DNA of 63,835 nt, filler included, from Licmophora abbreviata (taxonomy: Eukaryota): NCBI GenBank assembly GCA_900291995.1. It is 14 parts of 14 records of this genome, joined end to end, with 100 filler letters (N's around TTAATTAATTAA, not from the genome) between each part and the next. Parts side by side here need not be neighbours in the genome. Positions count along the whole stretch, not along the records: positions 28,256 to 31,602 come from OLMU01002278.1; positions 31,703 to 39,996 come from OLMU01002279.1; positions 40,097 to 44,481 come from OLMU01002281.1; 11 more parts are not named here. One strand, given 5' to 3'. The position numbers and the translations under genes are program-made. The first letter of the stretch is position 1; each line of letters opens with the position of its first letter. The notes below the pieces were generated by a model. The model saw only the letters and a list, made by a program, of their open reading frames with translations. It was not told the origin of the DNA and made no database searches. Shown piece after piece: positions 30,657-42,198 of this stretch.

Positions 30657-33525
30657 TCAGCGGCCGATCGACCACCATCCGCGGCGCTTGGGTTTGGATG
30701 CAGCCTCGGACGTTTGCTCTGACGTCTCGTCGCCGCCAGCCATGGCCGGGGCTTTTTCGACCGTCTCGACGCTGTCAGCTGGCTCTGCCGCTTGCGCGGG
30801 CTCGTCCTGCGCGACAGTGGCCGGCTCTTCTTTCACCGCTTTGGTTTTCTTCGCAGCGGGCTTTCGAGCAGGCTTCTTCTTTGCTTCTGCGACCGGCGCA
30901 TCGGCCTCTTCGGCAGGCGCCTCGACAGGTGCCTCCGCAACAGCCTCGGCCTTTGCAGCTTCCGGCTTCTTGCGGGTCGAGGGCTTGCGCGGGGCTCTCT
31001 TGGGTTTCTCGGCCACAGGCTTCGCCTCGGCCTCGGTCTCCGCCTCGGCTGCTGGCTCTGCCTGAGCCGTTGTGGCCGTCTCCGTAACAGGCTCAGCCGC
31101 CTCGGCACTCTCCGAAACAGGCGCGTCCTTCTTCTTGCTGCGCGAACGCGAACGGGATTTCGGCTTGGCCTCGGCTTGCGGCGCGTCCTCTTCGGCAGGC
31201 TGGTCCGCCTTCACCTCATCGGAACCCGCGACAACTTCGGCAGCACCCTCATCCGCAGGCTTGGCCGCCTCGGAGGGCGCATCATCCGCACCCTGATCCT
31301 CGGCCTCGTCACCGTTGGCAGCCGCGTTCTCGCCATTGCCCTTGGATTTCGAGCGGCTGCGACGGCGGCGGCGACGCCGCTTCTTGGGCTTGCCCTCGCC
31401 GTTTTCCTGATCGTCGTCCTGTGTCCGATCGCCGTCAGCATCGCTGGCGGTATCGGCCTCGGCATCCTCGTCGATCTCATCCTCGATCGCGTCGTCCACA
31501 TCATCCATCAACGAACTGTCGACCGACACCACCGGCGCCACGGCCTCGGGCACGCTGCGTGTGGCCGTCTTGAACTTCTCAAGCGAGAAATCAGGGCTGA
31601 TGNNNNNNNNNNNNNNNNNNNNNNNNNNNNNNNNNNNNNNNNNNNNTTAATTAATTAANNNNNNNNNNNNNNNNNNNNNNNNNNNNNNNNNNNNNNNNNN
31701 NNCGCAGCTCGATCTGCGCCACATGCTCGCGTTTCTGGTTCATCAGGTAGTTGGCCACGGCCACCGGGCACTTGACCAGCACCTCGCGCGACCTGCGGCG
31801 TACGCCTTCTTCCTCGATCTGGCGAAGGATCGACAGCGACAGGTTGTCATCCGACCGGATCAGGCCTGTGCCGTGACAGGCAGGACAGGGCTGTGTCGTG
31901 GCTTCGATCATGCCGGGACGCAGACGCTGGCGCGACATTTCCAGCAGGCCGAACCCGGAAATGCGACCCACCTGAATGCGTGCGCGGTCGGATTTCAGCT
32001 TGTCCTTGAACCGCTTTTCCACCGCTGCGTTGTTGCGGCGCTCGTCCATGTCGATGAAATCGATCACGATCAGACCGGCCAAATCGCGCAGCCGCAACTG
32101 ACGGGCCACTTCTTCGGCCGCCTCGAGATTGGTCTTGAGGGCAGTTTCCTCGATCGAGCCTTCCTTGGTGGCCCGGCCCGAGTTAACGTCGATCGCCACA
32201 AGCGCCTCGGTCACCCCGATCACGATATACCCGCCCGAGCGCAGTTGCACCGTCGGGTTGAACATCGAGCTGAGATAGCTTTCCACCTGGAACCGCGCAA
32301 AAAGCGGCATCGTGTCGGCGTAATGCTTCACGTTCTTGGCGTGGGACGGCATGATCATTTTCATGAAGTCCTTGGCGATGCGGTATCCCTGCTCGCCCTC
32401 GACCAGAACCTCGTCGATATCGCGGTTGTACAGATCCCGGATCGACCGCTTGATGAGGTCGCCCTCTTCATAGATCTTCGCCGGCGCGATGGATTTCAGC
32501 GTCAGCTCGCGGATCTGTTCCCACAGTCGCTGGAGATATTCGTAATCGCGTTTGATCTCGGATTTGGTGCGCTTGGCACCCGCCGTGCGCACGATCAGGC
32601 CCGCGCCCTGCGGCACGTCGATCTCGTTGGCGATTTCCTTGAGTTTCTTGCGGTCCACTGCATTGGTGATCTTGCGCGAAATGCCGCCGCCGCGCGCGGT
32701 GTTGGGCATCAGAACGCAATAGCGGCCCGCCAGCGACAGATATGTCGTCAGTGCAGCGCCCTTGTTGCCGCGCTCTTCCTTGACCACCTGCACCAGCAGG
32801 ATCTGACGCACCTTGATGACTTCCTGGATCTTGTATTTCCGCGGCCGCGGCTTGTGCTGCGGGCGGATATCCTCGTGGTCGTCGTCATCGGCCACCGACT
32901 CGATCGACTCGTCCTTGAAAGACGCATCCGAGCGACGATCATCACCGTCATCTTCATAGTCATGAGCTTGCGCGTCAACGCCGCCATCGCCATCCTCGGG
33001 CAGATCAGCGCTGTCCTGGGGCTCTTCAACAGGAGTTTCCCCGACGATTTCCATCGGCGAGGTGCCCTCGGGCACGTCGTCGTCGAGATCGATGGTCTCC
33101 ATGCCGGCAACGTCGCCGCTCGTGTCGCGGATCACAGCATCCTTGTCCTCGACCGCCTCGGCCTTGGAGCGTGACCGGCTGCGCCGCCGTGACTTGGGCT
33201 TTTCGTCGTCGTCTTCCTTGGCGCGCATCGCCTCAGCATAGGCGCGCTCTTCCTCCATCAGCTTTTCGCGGTCAGCCACCGGGATCTGATAGTAATCCGG
33301 ATGAATTTCCGCAAACGCCAGGAACCCGTGGCGGTTTCCGCCGTAATCGACGAAGGCCGCCTGCAGCGACGGTTCGACCCGTGTTACCTTTGCGAGGTAG
33401 ATGTTTCCGGCGAGCTGCCGTTTGTTTTCGGACTCAAAATCGAATTCCTCAACCTTGTTTCCGTCCACCACCACGACGCGGGTTTCTTCCGCGTGGGTGG
33501 CATCGATAAGCATTTTCTTGGCCAT
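30657..33525 (-). CDS. rne: Ribonuclease E (split by gap 31603-31702)
   Basis: MAKKMLIDATH, S1 domain, IDVNSG, IDFIDM, CPACHGTG Zn-link; disordered C-terminus ending PKRRGWWS. Confidence 0.97.
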
Positions 33526-34029
33526 GTTTTCCGTTTGCTCCGCGCATGGCATCGCGCCCCGGCGGGGCGGACGTCTGCGGCGGGTATATGTTGGGGGCGA
33601 TGACGGTCACACGGGCTGAGGCGCCACTTGCGGGGCCTGCTCTGTGATATGTCCGTTGTGCGCGTTGCATCGCGGTTCTTGGTCTCCGGCCCGAAACTGG
33701 GCCAACTCTGCGCCTGTCGATCCGGCGTATCGCCGGGCAGGCTTGTATGCGGCCCGACAAAGCGGGGCCTGATCGGTCTGTCGGGACGGCGGACGATGTC
33801 ACATACCGCTCAGCCCCAAACAGCGAAACTCTGTTGTCAGGATCCGCAATCTGACGACGGCGGATATCCTACCCTCTAGATAGAGGTATTTGACCCCAAG
33901 TGACAATGGCTAATCTTGCACATGACTTACAACCGGAGAGACAATCGACGATCAACTCAATCCTGCATGGGTCCGCTGCGCTGCAAAAACCGAACGATCA
34001 GGCCGGTCACAGACCACCCGCCTGCCCCG

Positions 34030-35367
34030 TCAACTCAGGTAATCGGAGCGCTGCAGACCGTATTTGGCCATCTTCTCGTTCAGCGTTCTGCGCGGCAGGC
34101 ACAATTCGTCCATGACCGAGGCGATCGATCCCTTGTGTCGCCGCATCGTGTTGTCGATCAACATCCGCTCGAACGCCTCGACATATTCCTTGAGCGGCTT
34201 GCCTTCGGTGGTCATCACCGGCTGCATGTCCTGATGATCCGACATCAGTAGCGACGCGATGGTGCCGCTACCCCGGCGCTCCTGCAGCACGGCCCGTTCG
34301 GCCACGTTGAAAAGCTGGCGCACATTGCCGGGCCAGGGTGCCTGCAACAGCTGTGCCGCCTCCTGCGCCGAGACCTGCGGCGCCTCGCAGCCATAATCAT
34401 CCGCGAATTGCTCCGAAAAGCGGGTAAACAGCGTCAGGATATCCTCACCCCGCTGGCGCAACGGCGGCACGGTGATCCGCAGGCTGGCCAAGCGATAGAA
34501 CAGATCGGGGCGCATCGCGTCCTCGCAGGTCCGGTCCTGTTCCTGCATGTTCGAGATCGCCACGATCCGCGTCTCGGGCGGCGTGCCCTCATCGTTGATG
34601 AAGGTCAACAGCCGCGCCTGTGCGGCCTCGCTCAGCGCCTCGATATCCTCGAGCACCAGCGTGCCGCCCCGTGCCTCCTCAACCGCCGGCAGGCGGCTGT
34701 CCTCGGGCTGCACCGGGCCGAAAAGCCGCTTCATCAGCGCCTCTTCCTCATGCGCCGAGCATGAGACCAGCACAAATTTCTTGCCCGCCCGCGATCCGAC
34801 CGCGTGCAAGGCATGCGCCACAAGCGTCTTGCCGGTCCCGGTCTCGCCCTCGATCAGCACATGGCCATCCGCCTGCCCCAGATCGAGGATATCCTCCTTC
34901 AGCCGCGCCATTACCGGGCTCGCGCCGATCAGCTTTTTCATCAGCTGTCCACCATCCGACAACTCGCGACGCAGCGCGCGGCTGTCCAGCGTCATGCGCC
35001 GCGCGGTCGTGGCTTTCTTGGCCAACTGGCTCATCCGGTCGGGGTTGAACGGCTTTTCTAGGAAATCATAGGCGCCCATGCGCACCGCTTCGACCGCCAT
35101 GGGCACATCCCCATGGCCGGTGATCATGATGACCGGCAGGCTGGAATCGCTGCCCATCAGCTTCTTGAGAAACTGCATCCCGTCCATGCCCGGCATCTTG
35201 ATGTCGGTCACCACGATCCCCGGATAATCCGGTCCAAGCACCTTCAACGCCTCCTCGGCGCTCGGGAAGGCCTCGGTGTCGTATCCCGACAACGCCAGCC
35301 ACTGGCTGATCGACTGCCGCATGTCCTTTTCATCGTCTATGATCGCGATTTTCATTGCGCTCGGCAT
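34030..35367 (-). CDS. dctD: DctD-like response regulator (REC-AAA-Fis HTH)
   Basis: TDIKMPG, GETGTGKT, WPGNVRQL; no GAFTGA motif. Confidence 0.85.
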   Translation of the reverse strand: MPSAMKIAIIDDEKDMRQSISQWLALSGYDTEAFPSAEEALKVLGPDYPGIVVTDIKMPGMDGMQFLKKLMGSDSSLPVIMITGHGDVPMAVEAVRMGAYDFLEKPFNPDRMSQLAKKATTARRMTLDSRALRRELSDGGQLMKKLIGASPVMARLKEDILDLGQADGHVLIEGETGTGKTLVAHALHAVGSRAGKKFVLVSCSAHEEEALMKRLFGPVQPEDSRLPAVEEARGGTLVLEDIEALSEAAQARLLTFINDEGTPPETRIVAISNMQEQDRTCEDAMRPDLFYRLASLRITVPPLRQRGEDILTLFTRFSEQFADDYGCEAPQVSAQEAAQLLQAPWPGNVRQLFNVAERAVLQERRGSGTIASLLMSDHQDMQPVMTTEGKPLKEYVEAFERMLIDNTMRRHKGSIASVMDELCLPRRTLNEKMAKYGLQRSDYLS

Positions 35368-35373
35368 GTCACG

Positions 35374-37134
35374 TCACTCCGCTGCACGGGTCTCTTCGGT
35401 CAAGATAGGAAGCTGTACCTCGAATACAGCCCCCCCGCCCAACGCATTTCTCGCCGTCAGGCGGCCCCCAAGGTCGTTCACGATACCCGAGGAAATGGCA
35501 AGCCCCAAGCCGACCCCGTCGCCGGGCTGCTTGGTGGTGTAGAACGGCTCGAAGAGATTGTCGAAATCCTCGATCCCGTGCCCGTTGTCGCGCACCGTCA
35601 GAACCGCCGTTTCACCGGCAGCCAGCAGAATGTCGATTGACGGATCGTCCGTGCCTTCCGTAGCATCCATGGCATTGCGCAACAGGTTGATCATCACCTG
35701 CTCCACCCGCACCCTGTCGGCCATCACAAACACCGGCTCCTCGGGCAGGGTCCGGGTGATATTGACATGCCGCTGGCGCAGCTGCGGCTCCATCATCGAT
35801 AGCGCCGAAGACAGCGCATCGCCAAGATTTACAGGCGCGAAGGTGTCACCACTCTGGCGGGCGTAGGATTTCAACTGCCGCGTGATCGACCCCATTCTCT
35901 CGATCAGGTCGTCGATCCTCTGGAAGGAGGACAGCGCCTCGTCGGGCCGGTTCCGATTTAGCAGCAGCCGCGCACCCGCAAGATAGGTCTTCATCGCCGC
36001 CAGAGGCTGGTTCAACTCGTGGCTGACGGCGGCGGACATTTCGCCCAAGGCCGCCAGTTTCGAGCTTTGCGCAAGCGTCTGTTCGGCCACGGCAAGGTTC
36101 TCCTGCACGCGTTCGCGTTCGGCGATTTCCCGCTGCAGGCGGACGTTCAATGCGCGAAGCTCTGCCGACTCTCGCTGGAACAACGCCATGCGCAGCGTCG
36201 TTCGGCGGTTCAGAACCCAGAACGCAAGCGCCAGGAGAATCGCGAATCCCATGATCTCGAGCGCCAGAAACCCGTTCACTTTCTCGCGCACACTGGCATA
36301 GGTGGTGAAGCTGGCGATCCTCCAGCCGCGAAACGCCACCCTGCCCTCGACCCGCATCACCGCCTCGCCGCGCACATAGGCATCGGCCGGCAGCGCAGTC
36401 CATCCGGCAGTTGCCTGGATGGCGCGCTCTATCGCAGTGTCCACCGGCTCGCGACGCAGCGCCTCTTCCTCGCTCAGCCCGCGCCAGCGCGGCTCTGTCG
36501 CAAGGATGATCCGTCCCTCGCTGTCAGTCACCAGAACCGCATCCGATATACCCGACCATGCACGCTCGTACTTCGCCAAATCCACCTCGACCACGATCAC
36601 ACCAAGCACTTGGTTCTGGCGTTCCACGCGACGCGAATAGGTGAACCGATACGCGCCCGTTTCGTCCTCAAGCACCTTGAAAACCGTATCTCGCGAGCGC
36701 AAGGCATCCACGTAATAAGGCGCCTGCCGATGGTTCTTGCCCAACAGGTTTCGGTCCGTCACAGCCACCGCCCGACCGTCCCGGTCCAGCAGCGTCAGCG
36801 ACGCCGCGCCGATCTCGTCGAGAAAGGAAATCAGCCGCTGGCTCGACTGGCTGAAATCACCCGATTCCAGAGCAAGGATCAGCGACGGGTCGCGTGCCAG
36901 CAATTGCGGAACGATAGCGTTCTGGCGCAGCTCGCTCAGCAGGTTGCCGGAATAGAGCACCAGCCGCAATTCCGCGCGGTTGCGCGTGGATTCGGTGAAC
37001 CTGTCGGTCAGCAGGCGGTTGGTCACGAACACCACCGCCACGGCCAGCGCGACCAATACAACGAACACAAGGCGCAAACGCCAGGTGGTGGTATTTAACA
37101 CCTTGAGACGGGCCGACGATCGTTTTTTGCTCAT
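35374..37134 (-). CDS. dctB: C4-dicarboxylate sensor kinase DctB-like
   Basis: SHELNQPL, DNGHG, FYTTK, GLGLAIS. Confidence 0.88.
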   Translation of the reverse strand: MSKKRSSARLKVLNTTTWRLRLVFVVLVALAVAVVFVTNRLLTDRFTESTRNRAELRLVLYSGNLLSELRQNAIVPQLLARDPSLILALESGDFSQSSQRLISFLDEIGAASLTLLDRDGRAVAVTDRNLLGKNHRQAPYYVDALRSRDTVFKVLEDETGAYRFTYSRRVERQNQVLGVIVVEVDLAKYERAWSGISDAVLVTDSEGRIILATEPRWRGLSEEEALRREPVDTAIERAIQATAGWTALPADAYVRGEAVMRVEGRVAFRGWRIASFTTYASVREKVNGFLALEIMGFAILLALAFWVLNRRTTLRMALFQRESAELRALNVRLQREIAERERVQENLAVAEQTLAQSSKLAALGEMSAAVSHELNQPLAAMKTYLAGARLLLNRNRPDEALSSFQRIDDLIERMGSITRQLKSYARQSGDTFAPVNLGDALSSALSMMEPQLRQRHVNITRTLPEEPVFVMADRVRVEQVMINLLRNAMDATEGTDDPSIDILLAAGETAVLTVRDNGHGIEDFDNLFEPFYTTKQPGDGVGLGLAISSGIVNDLGGRLTARNALGGGAVFEVQLPILTEETRAAE

Positions 37135-37173
37135 TGCCGCAGTCTATGATGCAGCGCGACTTCGCTCAAGCGG

Positions 37174-37842
37174 TCATGCCTCGGCAAGCTGGTCCACAAG
37201 CGTGCGGAACATCGCCGCGCCATCGGTTCCGCCCTGCAACGGTTCGGCCATGCGTTCGGGATGCGGCATCATGCCGAGAACCCGGCGGTTCTGAGACAGT
37301 ACGCCTGCAATATCATCGACCGACCCGTTTGGATTGTCGCAATAGGTGAAGGCCACGCGCGCCTCGCCATGAAGACGCTTCAGCGTCTCGGCATCGGCGA
37401 AGTAATTGCCGTCATGATGCGCAATCGGCACCGTGATCTCCTGCGCGGGCTGATAGCCTGCCGTAAAGGCGCTGTCCGTGGTCTCGACCCGAAGGCGCAC
37501 CGGCTTGCAGATGTATTTGAGGTTCACGTTGCGTAGCAGCACCCCCGGCAGAAGGCCCGTTTCCGTCAACACCTGAAACCCGTTGCAGATGCCGAGGACA
37601 TAACCGCCCCTTTCGGCATGGGCCACGACCGACTGGCAAATCGGCGAATTGGCCGCAATCGCCCCACAACGCAGGTAATCTCCGAACGAAAAACCACCCG
37701 GCACGCCGATGATATCAACATCTTTCGGCAGCGCGGTGTCCTTGTGCCAAACCATCGACACCTTGGCCCCGGCCTTCTCGAAGGCGACGGCCATGTCCCG
37801 GTCGCAATTCGATCCCCGAAAGACGATGACAGCCGCGTGCAT
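37174..37842 (-). CDS. purQ: Phosphoribosylformylglycinamidine synthase subunit PurQ
   Basis: [30 protein letters not shown]. Confidence 0.96.
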   Translation of the reverse strand: MHAAVIVFRGSNCDRDMAVAFEKAGAKVSMVWHKDTALPKDVDIIGVPGGFSFGDYLRCGAIAANSPICQSVVAHAERGGYVLGICNGFQVLTETGLLPGVLLRNVNLKYICKPVRLRVETTDSAFTAGYQPAQEITVPIAHHDGNYFADAETLKRLHGEARVAFTYCDNPNGSVDDIAGVLSQNRRVLGMMPHPERMAEPLQGGTDGAAMFRTLVDQLAEA

Positions 37843-38081
37843 CAGGCGATCTCCACGCTGTAGCTTTCGATCACGGTATTCGCGAGCAGCTTCTCGCACA
37901 TCTCGGTGACGCTGGCGCGGGCCGCGTCGGCATCGGTCTCGGCGAGATCCAGTTCGATCACCTTGCCTTGCCGGACCGCCTCCACACCGTCGAACCCAAG
38001 CTGGCCAAGCGCGTGCCGCACGGCCTCGCCCTGTGGGTCCAGAACACCGTTCTTCAGCATCACATGCACTCGTGCCTTCAT
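37842..38081 (-). CDS. purS: PurS
   Basis: LDPQG and LLANTVIE. Confidence 0.96.
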   Translation of the reverse strand: MKARVHVMLKNGVLDPQGEAVRHALGQLGFDGVEAVRQGKVIELDLAETDADAARASVTEMCEKLLANTVIESYSVEIA

Positions 38082-38139
38082 CGTCGTCTTCCCGTCTCTT
38101 CGGGCAGCGCCCCGCGCCGCCTCCAATTTGGCCGCGCAA

Positions 38140-38901
38140 TCAGTTGATCAGCGTCGGTCGGTTCATCGGCGTGGCGCCTTTCGGCATAACGCCAAGCCGG
38201 TTGGCCACTTCGGTATAGGCATCCGTCAAACTGCCCAGATCGCGGCGGAACACATCCTTGTCCAGCTTCTGACCGGTCTCGATATCCCACAGCCGGCAGC
38301 TGTCGGGGCTGATCTCGTCCGCCACGATAAGCCGCTGGAAATCGCCCTCGTAAACGCGGCCGATCTCGATCTTGAAGTCCACCAGACGAATGCCCACGCC
38401 ATACATGACACCCGACAGGAAATCATTGACGCGCAGCGCAAGGCTCAGGATGTCATCCATGTCCTGCTGGCTGGCCCAGCCGAAGGCCGCGATATGTTCC
38501 TCGGTGACCAGAGGATCGCCAAGCTTGTCGTCCTTCAAGCAGTATTCCACGATCGGACGCGGCAGTTGCGTGCCTTCGTCGATGCCAAGACGCTTGGCCA
38601 TGGTGCCCGCGGCATAGTTGCGTACAATGATCTCGAGCGGCACGATCTCGCAGGCGCGCACCAGTTGTTCGCGCATGTTCAGCCGCTTCAGGAAATGGTT
38701 GGGAATGCCGAGATTGGACAATCCGAGCATGAAATATTCCGACAGCAGGTTGTTCAGTACACCCTTGCCCTCGATCACGGCCCGTTTTTCGGCGTTGAAG
38801 GCGGTCGCGTCATCCTTGAAATACTGGACGATGGTTCCGGGCTCGGGACCCTCATAGAGCGTTTTGGCCTTGCCTTCGTAGATTTTCTTGCGCCGCGCCA
38901 T
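38140..38901 (-). CDS. purC: SAICAR synthase
   Basis: [34 protein letters not shown]. Confidence 0.97.
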   Translation of the reverse strand: MARRKKIYEGKAKTLYEGPEPGTIVQYFKDDATAFNAEKRAVIEGKGVLNNLLSEYFMLGLSNLGIPNHFLKRLNMREQLVRACEIVPLEIIVRNYAAGTMAKRLGIDEGTQLPRPIVEYCLKDDKLGDPLVTEEHIAAFGWASQQDMDDILSLALRVNDFLSGVMYGVGIRLVDFKIEIGRVYEGDFQRLIVADEISPDSCRLWDIETGQKLDKDVFRRDLGSLTDAYTEVANRLGVMPKGATPMNRPTLIN

Positions 38902-39059
38902 GCAGCCTCCATTTCCAGACCGGGGCCGACTCCCCACTGATCTCAGCGCTGTCTTAGTCTATGCCTCGGATTGTCGCAAGAACGCGTTCGGCCCTTGCCC
39001 TTGCGCGCATTGAGTTGCATACCTTGGCAAACGCCAACGCCTGCTGAGGAAACCCGCCA

Positions 39060-39374
39060 ATGAGCACTTTCGACGATCGCGAAAACGCATTCGAGAACAA
39101 ATTCGCCCATGACGAGGAAATGAAATTCCGCGCCGAGGCCCGTCGCAACAAGCTTCTCGGCCTATGGGCCGCTGAACTTCTGGGCAAGACCGGCGGAGAT
39201 GCCGACGCCTACGCTAAAGAGGTCGTCCTGTCCGATTTCGAAGAGGCCGGCCACGAGGATGTCGTGCGCAAGGTTGCCGGTGATCTGGGCGATCTGGCCG
39301 ATGCCGACACGATCCGCGGCAAGATGGACCAGCTGATGCTCATCGCCAAGGACCAGCTGATGAAAGAGGTCTGA
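39060..39374 (+). CDS. DUF1476 / F1Fo-ATPase inhibitor zeta subunit
   Basis: MSTFDDRENAFENKFAHD...ARRNKLLGLWAA. Confidence 0.88.
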   Translation: MSTFDDRENAFENKFAHDEEMKFRAEARRNKLLGLWAAELLGKTGGDADAYAKEVVLSDFEEAGHEDVVRKVAGDLGDLADADTIRGKMDQLMLIAKDQLMKEV

Positions 39375-39401
39375 GCACGGTCTCATTCCTTGAACGTTCC
39401 C

Positions 39402-39440
39402 GACGGGCCGCCCCCACACAGGGCGCGCCCGTTTTTCTTT
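39402..39440 (+). terminator. Terminator after the zeta gene
   Basis: ACGGGC...GCCCGT hairpin then TTTTCTTT. Confidence 0.65.
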
Positions 39441-39681
39441 GCGCACCACTGCCTTCCAATCGGCCCGCCAATCGGACTGCCGCTCAGGTCCGAGTTGAGC
39501 AAAATGAATTTGCGCATATCTGCCAAACATGAGACATCCACGCGCAACCTGAAGCGTTCCGCCTTTAACCTGAGGTATCAGCCAAAGACGGAACGCATAC
39601 AATGATTGAACGGAGCACTGCATTTCACGAAAACCTGGGGTCCGGGTTTTTCGCGAAACGCTTGATCAAGGAGCCCCATAG

Positions 39682-39996
39682 ATGACCAATGCCCTGTCCA
39701 AATTGCTGAAAACCCGTGACTGGCTTCTGGCCGACGGTGCAACGGGAACCAATTTGTTCAACATGGGGCTCGAATCCGGCGACGCGCCCGAGATGTGGAA
39801 TGACGAACACCCCGACCGGATCACCCGGCTTTACACATTGGCCGTGGATGCGGGCAGCGACATCTTCCTCACCAATTCCTTCGGCGGCAATGCCGCACGT
39901 CTCAAGCTGCACGGCGCCGAAAAACGTGCCCGCGAATTGTCGCGCATCTCCGCCGAAATCGGCCGCGAGGTCGCCGACAAGCGCGACCGCACCGTG
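39682..39996 (+). CDS. bmt: Homocysteine S-methyltransferase domain protein (Bmt / split MetH), N-terminal part
   Basis: LLADGATGT, AGSDIFLTNSFGGN. Confidence 0.88.
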
Positions 39997-40107
39997 NNNN
40001 NNNNNNNNNNNNNNNNNNNNNNNNNNNNNNNNNNNNNNNNTTAATTAATTAANNNNNNNNNNNNNNNNNNNNNNNNNNNNNNNNNNNNNNNNNNNNGCTG
40101 ACCCGGC

Positions 40108-41202
40108 TCAGAACAGCGCCAGTTGATCCCCCGGCCGCTCCGGCGGCCGGAAGAGATCGCAGCGCAACTCGGGCTGTGGCCGGTCCAGTCCAAGCCGCCT
40201 TGCCGCGACGCGAAACCGCTGTGCAACCATCTGCGCATAAGGCCCCGTGCCGCGCATCCGACGCCCCCATGCCGGGTCATAGTCGCGGCCCCCATGCATC
40301 TCGCGCACCAACCCCATGACGCGCGCCGCGCGGTCGGGGTATTGCGCCTCGAGCCAGTGCCGGAACATCGGCGCCACCTCCAGCGGCAGGCGCAGCATGA
40401 TCCAAGTTGCCGCTTGTGCCCCCGCCTGCCCGCCCGCCTGCAAGATCACCTCAAGCTCGTGATCGCTCAACCCCGGCACCATCGGGGCGGCCATGATCCG
40501 CACCGGAATGCCCGCCGCACTCAGCCGGGAGATGGTCGCGAGACGCCGTTTGGGCGACGGCGCGCGCGGCTCCATCCGGCGTGCAAGGCGCGCATCCAAC
40601 GTGGTCACCGACACCCCCACCCGCACCAGTCCCCGCGCCGCCATGACCGACAAAATGTCGATATCGCGCTCGATCAGCGTGCCGCGCGTCACGATCGCCA
40701 CCGGATGACCGCACTCCGCCAGAACCTCCAGACAGGCGCGCGTGATGCGCTGCTCCTTCTCGATGGGCTGATAGGGATCGGTATTCGTGCCGATGGCGAT
40801 CGGCGCCACCTTGTAGGACCGGCTGCGCAATTCCTGCGCCAGAACGCGCGGCGCTTCGGGCCGCGCCACAAGCCGCGTCTCGAAATCCAGCCCCGGCGAC
40901 AGGCCCAGCCAGGCATGACTGGGCCGGGCAAAGCAATAGACACAGCCATGCTCGCAACCGCGATAGGGGTTGATCGAGCGATCGAACGGCAGATCCGGTG
41001 AGCGGTTGTAGGTGATGATCCGTCGCGGCAGCTCTGCGCGTATTTCGGTGCGCAGCACCGGAGTATCCTCGACCTGCGCCCGCGGCTCCCATCCGTCGCC
41101 CTCAAAGACCCGAACATGCCGTTCATGACGCCCCGCGGCATTGTCCGTGGCGCCCCGTCCGATCACCCTTTGGCCCGGATTGATGCTCGTCTCTCGCTTC
41201 AC
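40108..41202 (-). CDS. PA0069/SplB-like radical SAM DNA-repair protein
   Basis: NPYRGCEHGCVYCFAR (CxxxCxxC), GTNTDPYQP, C-terminal QLALF clamp-binding-like motif; start uncertain. Confidence 0.9.
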   Translation of the reverse strand: MKRETSINPGQRVIGRGATDNAAGRHERHVRVFEGDGWEPRAQVEDTPVLRTEIRAELPRRIITYNRSPDLPFDRSINPYRGCEHGCVYCFARPSHAWLGLSPGLDFETRLVARPEAPRVLAQELRSRSYKVAPIAIGTNTDPYQPIEKEQRITRACLEVLAECGHPVAIVTRGTLIERDIDILSVMAARGLVRVGVSVTTLDARLARRMEPRAPSPKRRLATISRLSAAGIPVRIMAAPMVPGLSDHELEVILQAGGQAGAQAATWIMLRLPLEVAPMFRHWLEAQYPDRAARVMGLVREMHGGRDYDPAWGRRMRGTGPYAQMVAQRFRVAARRLGLDRPQPELRCDLFRPPERPGDQLALF

Positions 41203-41214
41203 CGCCCGAAAATG

Positions 41215-41229
41215 GAACATATAGAGAAC
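41215..41229. promoter_or_regulatory. Alphaproteobacterial LexA (SOS) box
   Basis: Exact GAAC-N7-GAAC (GAACATATAGAGAAC) upstream of the radical SAM gene. Confidence 0.85.
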
Positions 41230-41417
41230 ATTTGCAACAACAGCATATAGTTCATGACAAGTTTTCAAGACCAAAGCCTCCAATTCCGGGCTATAGGTCG
41301 GTACAAGGGCGGCCAGTGTCGCAATTCGGAAAGTTCATATGCGACAAATTGACGATAGCTGCGCCCAGACAATAGCCAATCGTGCGCGCAAGCGCCACCA
41401 GAGCAAGGACACCGGCC

Positions 41418-42122
41418 ATGTCGGAAGACCAAGACGAAATCATCCTGGCGGATCTCAGCGACGAGGAACTCGTCGAACAGATGTGGGACGATCTTTATGA
41501 CGGCCTCAGGGAAGAGATCGAGGAAGGCGTCAATATCCTTCTGGAGCGTGGCTGGGCGCCTTACCGCGTCCTGACCGAGGCTCTGGTGGGCGGCATGACC
41601 ATCGTCGGCAAGGATTTCCGGGACGGCATCCTCTTCGTGCCCGAAGTGCTGCTGGCCGCCAACGCCATGAAAGGCGGGATGTTCATCCTCAAGCCGCTGC
41701 TGGCCGAAACCGGTGCGCCGCGCATGGGCTCGATGGTGATCGGCACCGTCAAGGGCGACATCCATGACATCGGCAAGAACCTCGTGTCGATGATGATGGA
41801 AGGTGCGGGTTTCGAAGTGGTCGATCTCGGGATCAACAACCCGGTGGAAAACTATCTCGCGGCGCTGGATGAGCACAAGCCGGACATCCTCGGCATGTCG
41901 GCGCTGCTGACCACCACCATGCCCTACATGAAGGTGGTGATCGACACGCTGGTCGAACAGGGCAAGCGCGACGATTATATCGTGCTCGTGGGCGGCGCTC
42001 CGCTGAACGAGGAATTCGGCAAGGCCATCGGCGCGGACGCCTATTGCCGCGATGCCGCCGTGGCCGTGGAAACCGCCAAGGAATACGTCAAGCGCAAGCA
42101 TAATCAGGCCGCCACCGCCTGA
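41418..42122 (+). CDS. Stand-alone cobalamin-binding (cap + B12) protein of split methionine synthase
   Basis: FVPEVL, GDIHDIGKNLV (DxHxxG), SALLTTT, GGA. Confidence 0.92.
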   Translation: MSEDQDEIILADLSDEELVEQMWDDLYDGLREEIEEGVNILLERGWAPYRVLTEALVGGMTIVGKDFRDGILFVPEVLLAANAMKGGMFILKPLLAETGAPRMGSMVIGTVKGDIHDIGKNLVSMMMEGAGFEVVDLGINNPVENYLAALDEHKPDILGMSALLTTTMPYMKVVIDTLVEQGKRDDYIVLVGGAPLNEEFGKAIGADAYCRDAAVAVETAKEYVKRKHNQAATA

Positions 42123-42198
42123 ACGTGCTGGCGCGCCGAACCACCGATGGCACCGGCCCGCCCCCCGCGCGGGCCGGTCGCCGTTTACGGGGGATGCC

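Noticed and set aside
30657..31553. Separate low-complexity 298-aa protein
   Set aside because: It is the disordered C-terminus of RNase E, cut off by the gap
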